DNA from: a virus | DNA length: 36,835 bases | Virus record (IMG/VR): IMGVR_UViG_3300009968_000004 | Strand: one strand, 5' to 3' | Shown: one piece after another, positions 24,843-32,547 of the stretch | Position numbering within the stretch: position 1 is the stretch's first letter | Layout: every line of letters begins with the position of its first letter | Program-made: the position numbers and the translations under genes | The notes under the pieces: model-generated | Told to the model about the DNA's origin: nothing | The model's database searches: none | The model's input: only the letters and a program-made list of their open reading frames with translations

Positions 24843-27098
24843 ATGAAAGCATACCACGGTACAGCGATATTAAAGTTTGACGATGGAATCACAGGAAATT
24901 CAGCCAGTGGTGCATTAGTCACTGTGAGAATTAACTCAACGCAAGCGCTAGCAACTCTCTTTGATGTAGATGATATTGCAACAGCAAATCCATTAACGGC
25001 AGACTCAAATGGTAATTATTCATTTAAGGCTGCTGATAACATATACGACATAATAATTAGCGAGGGTATTGGTGACGAGGTAAAGCTTGAAAAGGTAGAA
25101 GTTGCAGAGATACCAACAGCACCTATTTTAATAAACGACCTGTCACAAATTTATGATTTTGAAACTGTCACAGAAATGACAGCAGCAGCAATAGACTTTC
25201 CTGTTAAAAAAGTCATTCGTGCATTAGATCGAGGGTTATTTACCGTTGTACTTACTTCAGGTGTAACACCGAATAACGACAATATAATTCAATCTTCAAG
25301 TGTGCCAGCAAATTCTTACAAGCAAAAAGAAAACTCAGAATATATAAACGTTCTTGAATCTGATAACGAGCGCTTACATCGTGGCGAGAATGGCGCAATT
25401 GTATTTATCTTTGATGATAATAAAAGGACAGTTTTTGATAACGGCTTGCCAGTGTTTCAGGCTCAAGGCGAAGTGGCTAACATGGCATTAATTGCAGATC
25501 GCTTAATTGTTCGTGAGCCATGGGATGCTGCAACGGCCAGCTTAGCTGATTGGTTATTTGCTCAAGATTCAGGCTGGGAAGCTATTTCTCACGGTTACTA
25601 TATCTCTACAGTTTTCAACTCTGGTTTAGATTTAGCTGTTGGCGAGGAAGAATTGCAACAATCTTTCAATTATCTTAATGCTGTAGGCTTAAAGGTTAAA
25701 CAGTTTGTTGCACCTTCAAGCACTTTAGATAGCAAATTCTTACCGAAAGTTGGCGAGATTTACAGCGGCGCTCACATTGGTTCAAACACTTCTGATCCAG
25801 CAGTTGCCACACCGAACAACGGCAATGACGCTTATGATCTTAGACGTGTATCATTAGAAGAAAATTTAACTAGTGATGTGTTATTTAATGCTTTTGTTGA
25901 TTACTGTAAAGCTAACAACACATTAGGCGTGGTTTATGCTCATGAAGTTGATGGTGTTTTTGGCTCAGTGCCATTAACAACCGCCCGTTTAAATTCGCAC
26001 ATTGATTACTGTCAATCTGAAAACGTTGATATATTAACTGTTAGCGATGCGTTACAGCGTTACAACACAAACACAGTTAGAAACGAATTTTTAGGCGGTG
26101 AAGCTCCAGAAGAAATATCAGCGTTTAAAATTAAGAATAGTAATTTACTATCAGGCTCAGGCTTTAACGATGATTTAACCGCTTCATGGGTGTTTGCTGC
26201 CGGTACAGTTGGCGCTACAAGTCGTGTTGATGGTGCGAATATTGCTGGTCAGTTCGTGTTTGAAATTGGCGGAGGTGCTGGTAGTGGTACGACTCAACTT
26301 AGTCAAATAGCAACACTACCAACTAGTAAAACTTCACTACCTATTTTTGGATCAGTATTTGCTGGAAGGGTTAGCGGCACATTAGACGATCAAGATTTAA
26401 TTATTGATATCGTTTATCGCAGGTTAGGCGCTCCAATCGCTAACGGCACTAAAACATTAACATTCCCGTTAACCAATGTCATGACAGAATATAGCCTTGA
26501 TGACTTTATCAAGTTCGATACTGTTGCCGAAGAAATCCAATTAGTTATTAAAGTTGCCAATAATAACCCTGGCCAAGCTGTAGATATTGCCATTCAAAAA
26601 CCGAACTTAGGCTTTGACGATGGCGCATGGTTCGCTGCTGACAATAAAACTTATGTTAGAAGCCGTAGGACCACAACACAAGGCGGCGTAACAAGTGCCG
26701 GCGCTGTTGTTGCATTTGCCACTACAGCAGAGGACAGGCTCGGAGAGTATGACGATGCAGGACTGTTTACAGCATCAAGGACAGGAACATTAACCGTAAA
26801 TGCTAGTGTAATGATTAACGACCTTGGTTTTGCTTATGATATTACTAAGCTACTACTTGATATACGAAAAAATACAACCGCAGTTGTTAGAGGTAGCACT
26901 CTAATAGATATTGCAACAGCAGTAGCAGGCGGGGCTAGTGTTGCAGGTAGTAGATTTTCTGAGCCTGAAGTTGCTGTGTCAGCTTCTATTGATGTAGTTG
27001 CCGGTGATACTATTGATATATTCATTAGTCATAACGGCACAACCACAATGATATTAGATCCTAATGATAATGCAACTTGGTTAACAATATCAGCATAA
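24843..27098 (+). CDS. Tail fibre/spike with a central CE4-like (polysaccharide deacetylase-like) region
   Basis: The N-terminus (VTVRINSTQALATLFDVDDIATANPLTADSNGNYSF) looks like a fibre anchor domain. The central region has IFDDN, EAISHG, FVAPSS, VVYAHEVDG and DILTVSDAL in NodB-like order. Confidence 0.6.
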   Translation: MKAYHGTAILKFDDGITGNSASGALVTVRINSTQALATLFDVDDIATANPLTADSNGNYSFKAADNIYDIIISEGIGDEVKLEKVEVAEIPTAPILINDLSQIYDFETVTEMTAAAIDFPVKKVIRALDRGLFTVVLTSGVTPNNDNIIQSSSVPANSYKQKENSEYINVLESDNERLHRGENGAIVFIFDDNKRTVFDNGLPVFQAQGEVANMALIADRLIVREPWDAATASLADWLFAQDSGWEAISHGYYISTVFNSGLDLAVGEEELQQSFNYLNAVGLKVKQFVAPSSTLDSKFLPKVGEIYSGAHIGSNTSDPAVATPNNGNDAYDLRRVSLEENLTSDVLFNAFVDYCKANNTLGVVYAHEVDGVFGSVPLTTARLNSHIDYCQSENVDILTVSDALQRYNTNTVRNEFLGGEAPEEISAFKIKNSNLLSGSGFNDDLTASWVFAAGTVGATSRVDGANIAGQFVFEIGGGAGSGTTQLSQIATLPTSKTSLPIFGSVFAGRVSGTLDDQDLIIDIVYRRLGAPIANGTKTLTFPLTNVMTEYSLDDFIKFDTVAEEIQLVIKVANNNPGQAVDIAIQKPNLGFDDGAWFAADNKTYVRSRRTTTQGGVTSAGAVVAFATTAEDRLGEYDDAGLFTASRTGTLTVNASVMINDLGFAYDITKLLLDIRKNTTAVVRGSTLIDIATAVAGGASVAGSRFSEPEVAVSASIDVVAGDTIDIFISHNGTTTMILDPNDNATWLTISA

Positions 27099-27103
27099 AA
27101 GGT

Positions 27104-27132
27104 AAAGCCTTACCTAGTCAGTAAGGCTTTTT
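27104..27132. terminator. Bidirectional terminator between convergent blocks
   Basis: AAAGCCTTAC (27104..27113) pairs with GTAAGGCTTT (27121..27130). It is flanked by A-runs and T-runs and overlaps the stop of the - strand lipoprotein gene. Confidence 0.65.
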
Positions 27133-27480
27133 GCTATAAACCATCTCATACAGTAACTCGCTACCATAATCACCTGTAGCAACGGGCCAATTAATCTCAT
27201 TATCGTAAACCAAGCCATCTTTTAATAATACAGCGTGTGGTCCGTACCATCGTTTCGTGTACATCACCTTGCCGCCTATTTGAAGTTGCAGAGTAAAAGC
27301 GAAATCTTCACAGTCACCCGCAAAAGGCTTATCGATACTATCAAACCTATTCCATAAACCTTCGTGGCTATCTGCTTTATAAGTGAAATTACTCAGCGCC
27401 TTATGTAACATCTGAGTATCTTCAGGTATCGCACTACAGCCAATTAATAGGATGATCAATAAGTATTTCATTTTGAGCAT
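27118..27480 (-). CDS. Lipoprotein, transglutaminase-like cysteine protease (BTLCP/LapG-like)
   Basis: Signal peptide plus lipobox (LLIGC, Cys15). GDCEDFAF (Cys57), GPHAVLL (His82) and VYDN (Asp93) match the C-H-D order of the BTLCP family. Confidence 0.6.
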   Translation of the reverse strand: MLKMKYLLIILLIGCSAIPEDTQMLHKALSNFTYKADSHEGLWNRFDSIDKPFAGDCEDFAFTLQLQIGGKVMYTKRWYGPHAVLLKDGLVYDNEINWPVATGDYGSELLYEMVYSKKPY

Positions 27481-27905
27481 CCTAGCCAGCCAAAGTAAGC
27501 CGCACTTCTAGTGTCTTCATTGCTGCGACCTTTCCACCCTGTAACCTTTTCAAATTGCGCCTTGTCCTTTTTCCACATCTTAGATATTTTATGCTTAACA
27601 ACTGGTAACTCCCACCACTCAGCCAACCTCTCCAACTCAACCTGTGACTGCTGAACCATGCCTAGACGTCTGGCTATGGACTGTTGAACGCTGACATTAT
27701 TTCCCTTTCTGAATATGGCGTTATTAGCGCAAACATCTTCAACATGAAACTCAACAGTTAGCCTTTCTTCTGTACTCATCTCAAACAATAGATTGTGAAT
27801 ATCAAAAAGCTCAAAGCAGTCTAGCTCAGTTATTTTTTTATCCTTGTAGACTGCCACGCCATGCTTTTTACTATCTGGGTCAATACCAATAATTATTTTA
27901 CTCAT
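27468..27905 (-). CDS. RuvC-like Holliday junction resolvase
   Basis: IIGIDPDSKKHGVAV (RuvC motif I), FHVEDV, and C-terminal NEDTRSAAYFGW. Confidence 0.6.
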   Translation of the reverse strand: MSKIIIGIDPDSKKHGVAVYKDKKITELDCFELFDIHNLLFEMSTEERLTVEFHVEDVCANNAIFRKGNNVSVQQSIARRLGMVQQSQVELERLAEWWELPVVKHKISKMWKKDKAQFEKVTGWKGRSNEDTRSAAYFGWLGCSK

Positions 27906-28276
27906 ACTCTTGTATCCATAATTGCAGTTATCACATCAGGGTTTGGTGTTTCGTAACCATAATCTTCCATACTATTAAGCATCTTAATAAACAAATAACT
28001 TTGCCTAAAATACCTTTTTGTAAAATTATTTTTGAAATGAGTTACATTGTCAGGATGATTGCTACTAACATCATGCAACTCAAACGGAACAGGCAAAATA
28101 AAATAATGCCCTATCGCCACCTTGTTGTGTTTAGCGCTCCTGCCTAGCACGTGGTGAAGCTGAATAGGCTTGTTTGACCATTCATCACCGTAAAGTATTT
28201 GTATGTTATTTTCTGCCCATTCAACTATATCTTTCATCCACTGCTTTTGTGCAGCATTCGCTTGTTTCATCGCCAT
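27902..28276 (-). CDS. Ref-like (P1 Ref / RecA-dependent nuclease-like) HNH-type protein, putative
   Basis: AAQKQWMKDI...IQLHHVLGRSAKHNK...ILPVPFELHD resembles the P1 Ref core (slHHiaGRt...lPLC..HH). Confidence 0.4.
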   Translation of the reverse strand: MAMKQANAAQKQWMKDIVEWAENNIQILYGDEWSNKPIQLHHVLGRSAKHNKVAIGHYFILPVPFELHDVSSNHPDNVTHFKNNFTKRYFRQSYLFIKMLNSMEDYGYETPNPDVITAIMDTRV

Positions 28277-28277
28277 A

Positions 28278-28379
28278 TCAATACACCCACATCATAGAAT
28301 AAGAAATACTAGCCGCTATAAGTAGAGCTACAATAATTCTACACCCTACCCAACATAATGCCTCTTGATATATTTTCAT
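28278..28379 (-). CDS. 33-aa hydrophobic mini-protein (not in track)
   Basis: MKIYQEALCWVGCRIIVALLIAASISYSMMWVY. It fills the gap between the NinB-like and Ref-like genes. Confidence 0.3.
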   Translation of the reverse strand: MKIYQEALCWVGCRIIVALLIAASISYSMMWVY

Positions 28380-28381
28380 CA

Positions 28382-28819
28382 TTAATCCTTAAATTTAATC
28401 ATTACACCCAAATCATTATAGTAATAAATCATCTGCTCCATATACTGTTTCGATTCAGCGGTATTAAATAAGCTTGTAACCTCCAGGCACTGTATTAACT
28501 TCATTCTGCTTTCGTGGCTGTGACGATAGTAATCAAGCTTACACAGTAGGAATTCGAGCTTATCACCATGATTAACGCTATTTAACAGTATCGGCAACCC
28601 TATTGCATCCTTGCAGAAACTTTTAACCTCTAACGCTGTACGGTCGCCATAATGGTTTGCTATGTCAGAGTACCACCGGTGTTGTTGAGCGTTAGCACTT
28701 AGCCCTCGCTTCTCCTTCCAAGGTGTTACCACTAACCGCCATGACTTACTATCATCAAGCTTTGATAACTCTTGCTTGATGTAGTCGCCATTACCGGTTT
28801 TATATTGTAGGTCTTTCAC
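28382..28819 (-). CDS. NinB/Orf-like recombination mediator (putative)
   Basis: RGLSANAQQHRWYSDIANHYG..EVKSFCK and the C-terminal TS....ESKQYMEQMIYYYNDLGV parallel lambda NinB (RSLDQNRKLW...ST..M...EF..LLE....F). The GTG at 28819 is coupled (GTGA) to the upstream stop. Confidence 0.45.
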   Translation of the reverse strand: MKDLQYKTGNGDYIKQELSKLDDSKSWRLVVTPWKEKRGLSANAQQHRWYSDIANHYGDRTALEVKSFCKDAIGLPILLNSVNHGDKLEFLLCKLDYYRHSHESRMKLIQCLEVTSLFNTAESKQYMEQMIYYYNDLGVMIKFKD

Positions 28820-28956
28820 TTGCAAAACCCTTTTAAATACTCTTTATAATCTGGTTTTAGCTTCTTAGCTGCTGCCATATCTTTTTTAGCGTCACCAGTA
28901 GGGGTAACGCCTTTTCGCTCTAATAGTTCGCGTATTGCCTTACTGGTGGTAGTCAT
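28816..28956 (-). CDS. 46-aa basic protein (not in track)
   Basis: ATGA overlap with the methyltransferase stop and GTGA overlap with the next start. Translation MTTTSKAIRELLERKGVTPTGDAKKDMAAAKKLKPDYKEYLKGFCK. Confidence 0.45.
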   Translation of the reverse strand: MTTTSKAIRELLERKGVTPTGDAKKDMAAAKKLKPDYKEYLKGFCK

Positions 28957-29825
28957 AATAAACCCTTAAAAATATGAGTGACTGTCCTACATTCCCACCC
29001 GTTACCTATCATTTCATAAGCCTGAGTATTGCTAACTGATTTCGTGTAACCATCTGGTAGGCCGTGGCATCTTTCACATTCAACTACTGTAGGGTATCTA
29101 ATTCCTTTGTGATCAAGTACACCAAAAAACCTTTGTGAGGAATACTTCTTATACATTGTAGCTTCAAGCATTTGCATTTTACCTGAGTTAGTAAATACCT
29201 TTAAATCCTTGCCTTTCCTTTTTGCGTGATTAGATAACCAGTTAAAAGCCGCTTCTGAGTAATAAAAATTATCTGCAGCATTCCATTCCCTTATATCTCC
29301 AAACGATGATTTGACAGGTGTTATTTCTTCGAACTCAATGTTAGTCCAGTAGTTACGCTTCCTATCGACAGGGGCTATCTGGTTGCTTTCTATCTTGTGA
29401 GGCTTAACCCCAAACAGTTCATTTATGAAGTTTTCATACTTAGCTTTCATAAAGACGTTTTCAAAAAAGAATTTTACACCAGGGTTTAATGACTTTACAT
29501 GCTCGAATATCTCTATCAACACTAAAACAAGAGCGCCTCTCGGGTCATCTAGTCCGCCTTGATCTCCAGAAAAAGACCATGCCTGACAAGGAAAACCAGC
29601 CATAATTAAATCAATGCTTGCCCAATCAATAAGCCACTCTCGCCAGTTATTAATATCACCTAAGTTAATTGCCTTGGGGAAGTTATCATCTGCCACCTGT
29701 ATAGCGTACTTATTTATATCTGATGCGTAATACTTATTAACCTTAATGCCTGCTTGTTGTAGGCAGTAAGCACCGCACCGCATACCATCAAATAAACTCA
29801 ATACATTCATAATCATTCTCTCCAT
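28953..29825 (-). CDS. DNA (cytosine-5)-methyltransferase, orphan
   Basis: Motif I LSLFDGMRCG, motif IV GFPCQAWS, motif VI FFFENV, and C-terminal ECERCHGLPDGYT and IGNGW. The likely true start is the ATG at 29810, which has a GGAGAG SD. Confidence 0.9.
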   Translation of the reverse strand: MERMIMNVLSLFDGMRCGAYCLQQAGIKVNKYYASDINKYAIQVADDNFPKAINLGDINNWREWLIDWASIDLIMAGFPCQAWSFSGDQGGLDDPRGALVLVLIEIFEHVKSLNPGVKFFFENVFMKAKYENFINELFGVKPHKIESNQIAPVDRKRNYWTNIEFEEITPVKSSFGDIREWNAADNFYYSEAAFNWLSNHAKRKGKDLKVFTNSGKMQMLEATMYKKYSSQRFFGVLDHKGIRYPTVVECERCHGLPDGYTKSVSNTQAYEMIGNGWECRTVTHIFKGLL

Positions 29826-29892
29826 TAATTAAATTCAAACTAACTATAACCTATAAACCTTGATTCACTGCTCCGACCAGTGACAAGTCAAT

Positions 29893-30198
29893 CTAAACCC
29901 CTTTCAATTTATAGGAAGTGCTTTTGAGTCTACCTTCCCATATGGTTTCTTTAATAATAACTCCCTCGTCAAGTAAGTGGCTCGCTGCACGACTAATAGT
30001 TCCTTTTGATAGCCCCGTGAAGGTCACAACGTCCTTATAGGTAATCCACGCATCTAAGGTAAGGACTAGAATAAATCTATCCCTTGTATCCCTACTAGAT
30101 GACTGCATCTTATGCCCTTTCTTTACTGTTAACTTGCGCTCCACTTTCTTAATGAAGAAAGGAGGGTTTATCTTTTGTATTAAGTCAAAGTTTAACAT
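29893..30198 (-). CDS. Winged-helix DNA-binding protein (paralog B)
   Basis: VTFTGLSKGTISRAASHLLDEGVIIKE is MarR/wHTH-like. Confidence 0.6.
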   Translation of the reverse strand: MLNFDLIQKINPPFFIKKVERKLTVKKGHKMQSSSRDTRDRFILVLTLDAWITYKDVVTFTGLSKGTISRAASHLLDEGVIIKETIWEGRLKSTSYKLKGV

Positions 30199-30503
30199 TT
30201 TACATCCTTAGCTATACTGTAAAAACCTACTGGCCTTTGAGAGTGTTGTAATTTAACTGTTTCAATAATCACAACGCCTTTGTCTTTCTGCGTAGTCAAT
30301 CTTCTTGCTATAGCTGCTCGACTTCTACCGGTTACCTTTGATAACTGAGGTATTGACATAGGCTTGTCTTTAATTGCTAGTAATATACTAGCTAGGAATC
30401 TATCGCCATCTTCAACTCTTGTACACCCTATTACATCGCCCGATGTATAATCATCAACACAGCCTAAAGGTTTAATTCTTCTTAACGCTTTCATGTTTAA
30501 CAT
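30192..30503 (-). CDS. Winged-helix DNA-binding protein (paralog A)
   Basis: IPQLSKVTGRSRAAIARRLTTQKDKGVVIIE. It has the same architecture as the downstream gene. Confidence 0.6.
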   Translation of the reverse strand: MLNMKALRRIKPLGCVDDYTSGDVIGCTRVEDGDRFLASILLAIKDKPMSIPQLSKVTGRSRAAIARRLTTQKDKGVVIIETVKLQHSQRPVGFYSIAKDVKC

Positions 30504-30634
30504 TGCTCTCCCTTCAACTCATCATTAATCTTAGCAACCTTAGCGCGGCATTCTATCAACTCTAATTCTGCCGCCTCATTCTCTGCTGCTGATTCTTTTT
30601 CTAAATCTGATAGTAAATCTGTTTCGTTACTCAT
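30497..30634 (-). CDS. 45-aa acidic coiled-coil protein (not in track)
   Basis: ATGA overlap with the upstream stop, and its own stop overlaps the next ATG. Translation MSNETDLLSDLEKESAAENEAAELELIECRAKVAKINDELKGEQC. Confidence 0.45.
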   Translation of the reverse strand: MSNETDLLSDLEKESAAENEAAELELIECRAKVAKINDELKGEQC

Positions 30635-30852
30635 AAGAACTCTTCCTCTATAATTTCACTTGATGGTTGCTTAGGTAACTCCTGCCAATACAATACGTCT
30701 ATCGAGCCTTGTTCGTGGTCAGTTCCTAACATTGCAAATTCTTCATCGTGAGGTTGCCACATACCCAACCAATAACAACCATCTTCACATACACATAAAT
30801 ACTCGATTTCTTCAGTTGGTTGCTCATCATCAATATTAATCCAGTTACTCAT
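30631..30852 (-). CDS. DUF551-like protein
   Basis: WINIDDEQP...YWQELPKQP matches the DUF551 pattern (W..v.d..P....W.plP.pP). Confidence 0.55.
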   Translation of the reverse strand: MSNWINIDDEQPTEEIEYLCVCEDGCYWLGMWQPHDEEFAMLGTDHEQGSIDVLYWQELPKQPSSEIIEEEFL

Positions 30853-30874
30853 TCTCTCTACCCTCTTTATAGTG

Positions 30875-31273
30875 TTACTGGTTGGTTAACTTGCGCCCGA
30901 CTCTAGTAATCGCGCCTCTGATTTGACCTAACTTAGTGCCAATAAAGCCCATTTCTATTTTAAGCTTTCTTGCTCTGATGCAGGACTCGCAACCATACAT
31001 ATGCAAAACTTCATCATACCCGTAAGCCTCGTATTCATATGCATCACGATTTAATATCTTTACCGCTTCATAAGCATGATTACCGCAAGTGCCGTAAATT
31101 ACATCTTCATTACTTAGCTTATCTTTACCGTCAAATACATCTTCAAATAAATCACTATATTTATGATTAGATAATTCAACGCCAATCTTACGCTTTAAGT
31201 CGCTTTTTAAATCTGCATACTTGGCGTGTTTAATAACAAGGCTCTCAATACTCATACTATCTCCTATTGCCAT
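30875..31273 (-). CDS. Hypothetical protein (132 aa)
   Basis: Open frame in the operon. No motif recognised. Confidence 0.6.
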   Translation of the reverse strand: MAIGDSMSIESLVIKHAKYADLKSDLKRKIGVELSNHKYSDLFEDVFDGKDKLSNEDVIYGTCGNHAYEAVKILNRDAYEYEAYGYDEVLHMYGCESCIRARKLKIEMGFIGTKLGQIRGAITRVGRKLTNQ

Positions 31274-31307
31274 TAGGCTTAAACGCTATGCGCTATGCGT
31301 TGGTTAT

Positions 31308-31673
31308 TTAGCGCTTATTTACTAAATCATAATACTTGGTCATAAATTCATCGCGTGATTTCTGCGCGCTGTTAAGTGTTCGTTCTAATGCTGATATCTC
31401 TTTTTCTGCTATCTTGCTACTTGATTGAGCAACTAGCCTTGTGGCATTATCTAGCGCTGTAGACACATTCGCATCACAAGACGTCCAGCCACCATAGCCA
31501 CCATCTGTTAATCCGTTAATTATCTGGTCGGCAACGTGTTTTATTATCGTATCACTACAACTTAACTGCTCTATAAGTTGTTGCTCTTGCTCGCCTGATA
31601 GACTACTTAATATATCAACTATATTAATAGTTAGGTTATCACCTGTTAATTTTGCTTCAATACTCATGTCCAT
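31308..31673 (-). CDS. Hypothetical protein (121 aa)
   Basis: Open frame in the operon. No motif recognised. Confidence 0.6.
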   Translation of the reverse strand: MDMSIEAKLTGDNLTINIVDILSSLSGEQEQQLIEQLSCSDTIIKHVADQIINGLTDGGYGGWTSCDANVSTALDNATRLVAQSSSKIAEKEISALERTLNSAQKSRDEFMTKYYDLVNKR

Positions 31674-31731
31674 CTCTCTTGTTGCTTGTTAAGTTGAGCA
31701 ACCATTGCACTGCAACAGCTGCTAGTGGGTG

Positions 31732-32124
31732 TTACTTTTCTATAACCTGTGGGCAATACTTGTTTTTCCATGCTGAATAAGCGTTAACTGTATTTGACAG
31801 TGCACCAGTCGGGTTTTCTTCCATGGTGTCACTGGCTTTTATATGAGTAAAAGCAATAGCCACAATAGCTGAAACTATAACTACAGTAACTGTAAGGATA
31901 GTGATTGGCATTGTCCATATAACATAACCAACAGATATTGACGCTGCAATTCCTGCAAACAAACACCCAAGAAAAGCGCCAGTCAATATCGCCCCTACTG
32001 ATACCATTATAAAACCCCAAAATACCGACCAGAACAAACTGCAAAAATTTGATGATACACAATCATTACCCCAGTTCGTGTCTAACTTCCAAATACTTGA
32101 TCCTTTCTTAACTGTAATATTCAT
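31732..32124 (-). CDS. Membrane protein (3 TM), first gene of the leftward block
   Basis: Three long hydrophobic segments. GAGAGAGA SD region. Confidence 0.6.
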   Translation of the reverse strand: MNITVKKGSSIWKLDTNWGNDCVSSNFCSLFWSVFWGFIMVSVGAILTGAFLGCLFAGIAASISVGYVIWTMPITILTVTVVIVSAIVAIAFTHIKASDTMEENPTGALSNTVNAYSAWKNKYCPQVIEK

Positions 32125-32169
32125 CTTTATCTCTCTCTATTGGTTGGTTGTATTTTGTAACTGAGACTA

Positions 32170-32198
32170 ACTTTAGCGGGTATCGTTTAATGTGTCAA
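32170..32198 (-). promoter_or_regulatory. Leftward promoter (TTGACA-17-TAAAGT)
   Basis: On the minus strand, a perfect TTGACA (32198..32193), a 17-nt spacer, then TAAAGT (32175..32170). It lies about 40 nt upstream of the ATG at 32124. Confidence 0.55.
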
Positions 32199-32292
32199 TA
32201 TAAAATATTATATAAATTACTATATAAAATCCTTTACTGTTTTATATGTATATGCAATACTTCAGCTGTCTTTTACGAATAGGAATAATTAT

Positions 32293-32490
32293 ATGAAAAT
32301 GTTAGGTATACAGTTCAGCGACACCCAAGCGTTAAAAATTAAAGATACTGCTTTAGTTGTGAATTCAGATTCTAGTAAGGTAGCAAGGGCAGCTATGCGT
32401 TTAGGGTTGATGCAGATTAATGCTTTAGCTGCTAGGGATATAGATAAGGCTGTAGATTTGGTTTTGATCAATGACGTTAAGTCTAGATAG
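32293..32490 (+). CDS. Small ribbon-helix-helix-like protein (65 aa)
   Basis: LGIQFSD (beta strand) followed by two helices (TQALKIKDTA, SKVARAAMRLGL). AGGA SD. First gene of the rightward replication block. Confidence 0.5.
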   Translation: MKMLGIQFSDTQALKIKDTALVVNSDSSKVARAAMRLGLMQINALAARDIDKAVDLVLINDVKSR

Positions 32491-32497
32491 CGCACAT

Positions 32498-32524
32498 AAA
32501 AAAAGCTCCCGTCCAAAAGAGCTT
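32498..32524 (-). terminator. Minus-strand terminator-like hairpin, part of 18-bp repeat copy 1
   Basis: The minus strand reads AAGCTC-10 nt-GAGCTT followed by a T-run. No upstream minus-strand gene explains it. Confidence 0.3.
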
Positions 32525-32547
32525 AGTTAGCAACGAGGTAATTATAC

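Noticed and set aside
24238-24922. Cluster of short ORFs (24238..24423 +, 24433..24645 +, 24613..24795 -, 24713..24922 -) in the Gly-rich region
   Set aside because: They are artefacts of GGT-repeat DNA, with Val/Leu- or His/Gln-rich nonsense translations. All lie inside the 792-aa gene.
29864-29882. Hairpin TCACTG-7 nt-CAGTGA between the wHTH and methyltransferase genes, read as a terminator
   Set aside because: It has only a 6-bp stem and no T-run on the transcribed (minus) strand. It is probably an mRNA-processing or stability element at most.
32289-32516. 75-aa minus-strand ORF opposite the RHH gene
   Set aside because: The + strand ORF has an SD and an RHH-like pattern, and it heads the rightward operon. 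The minus ORF would start inside the terminator-like hairpin and has no SD.
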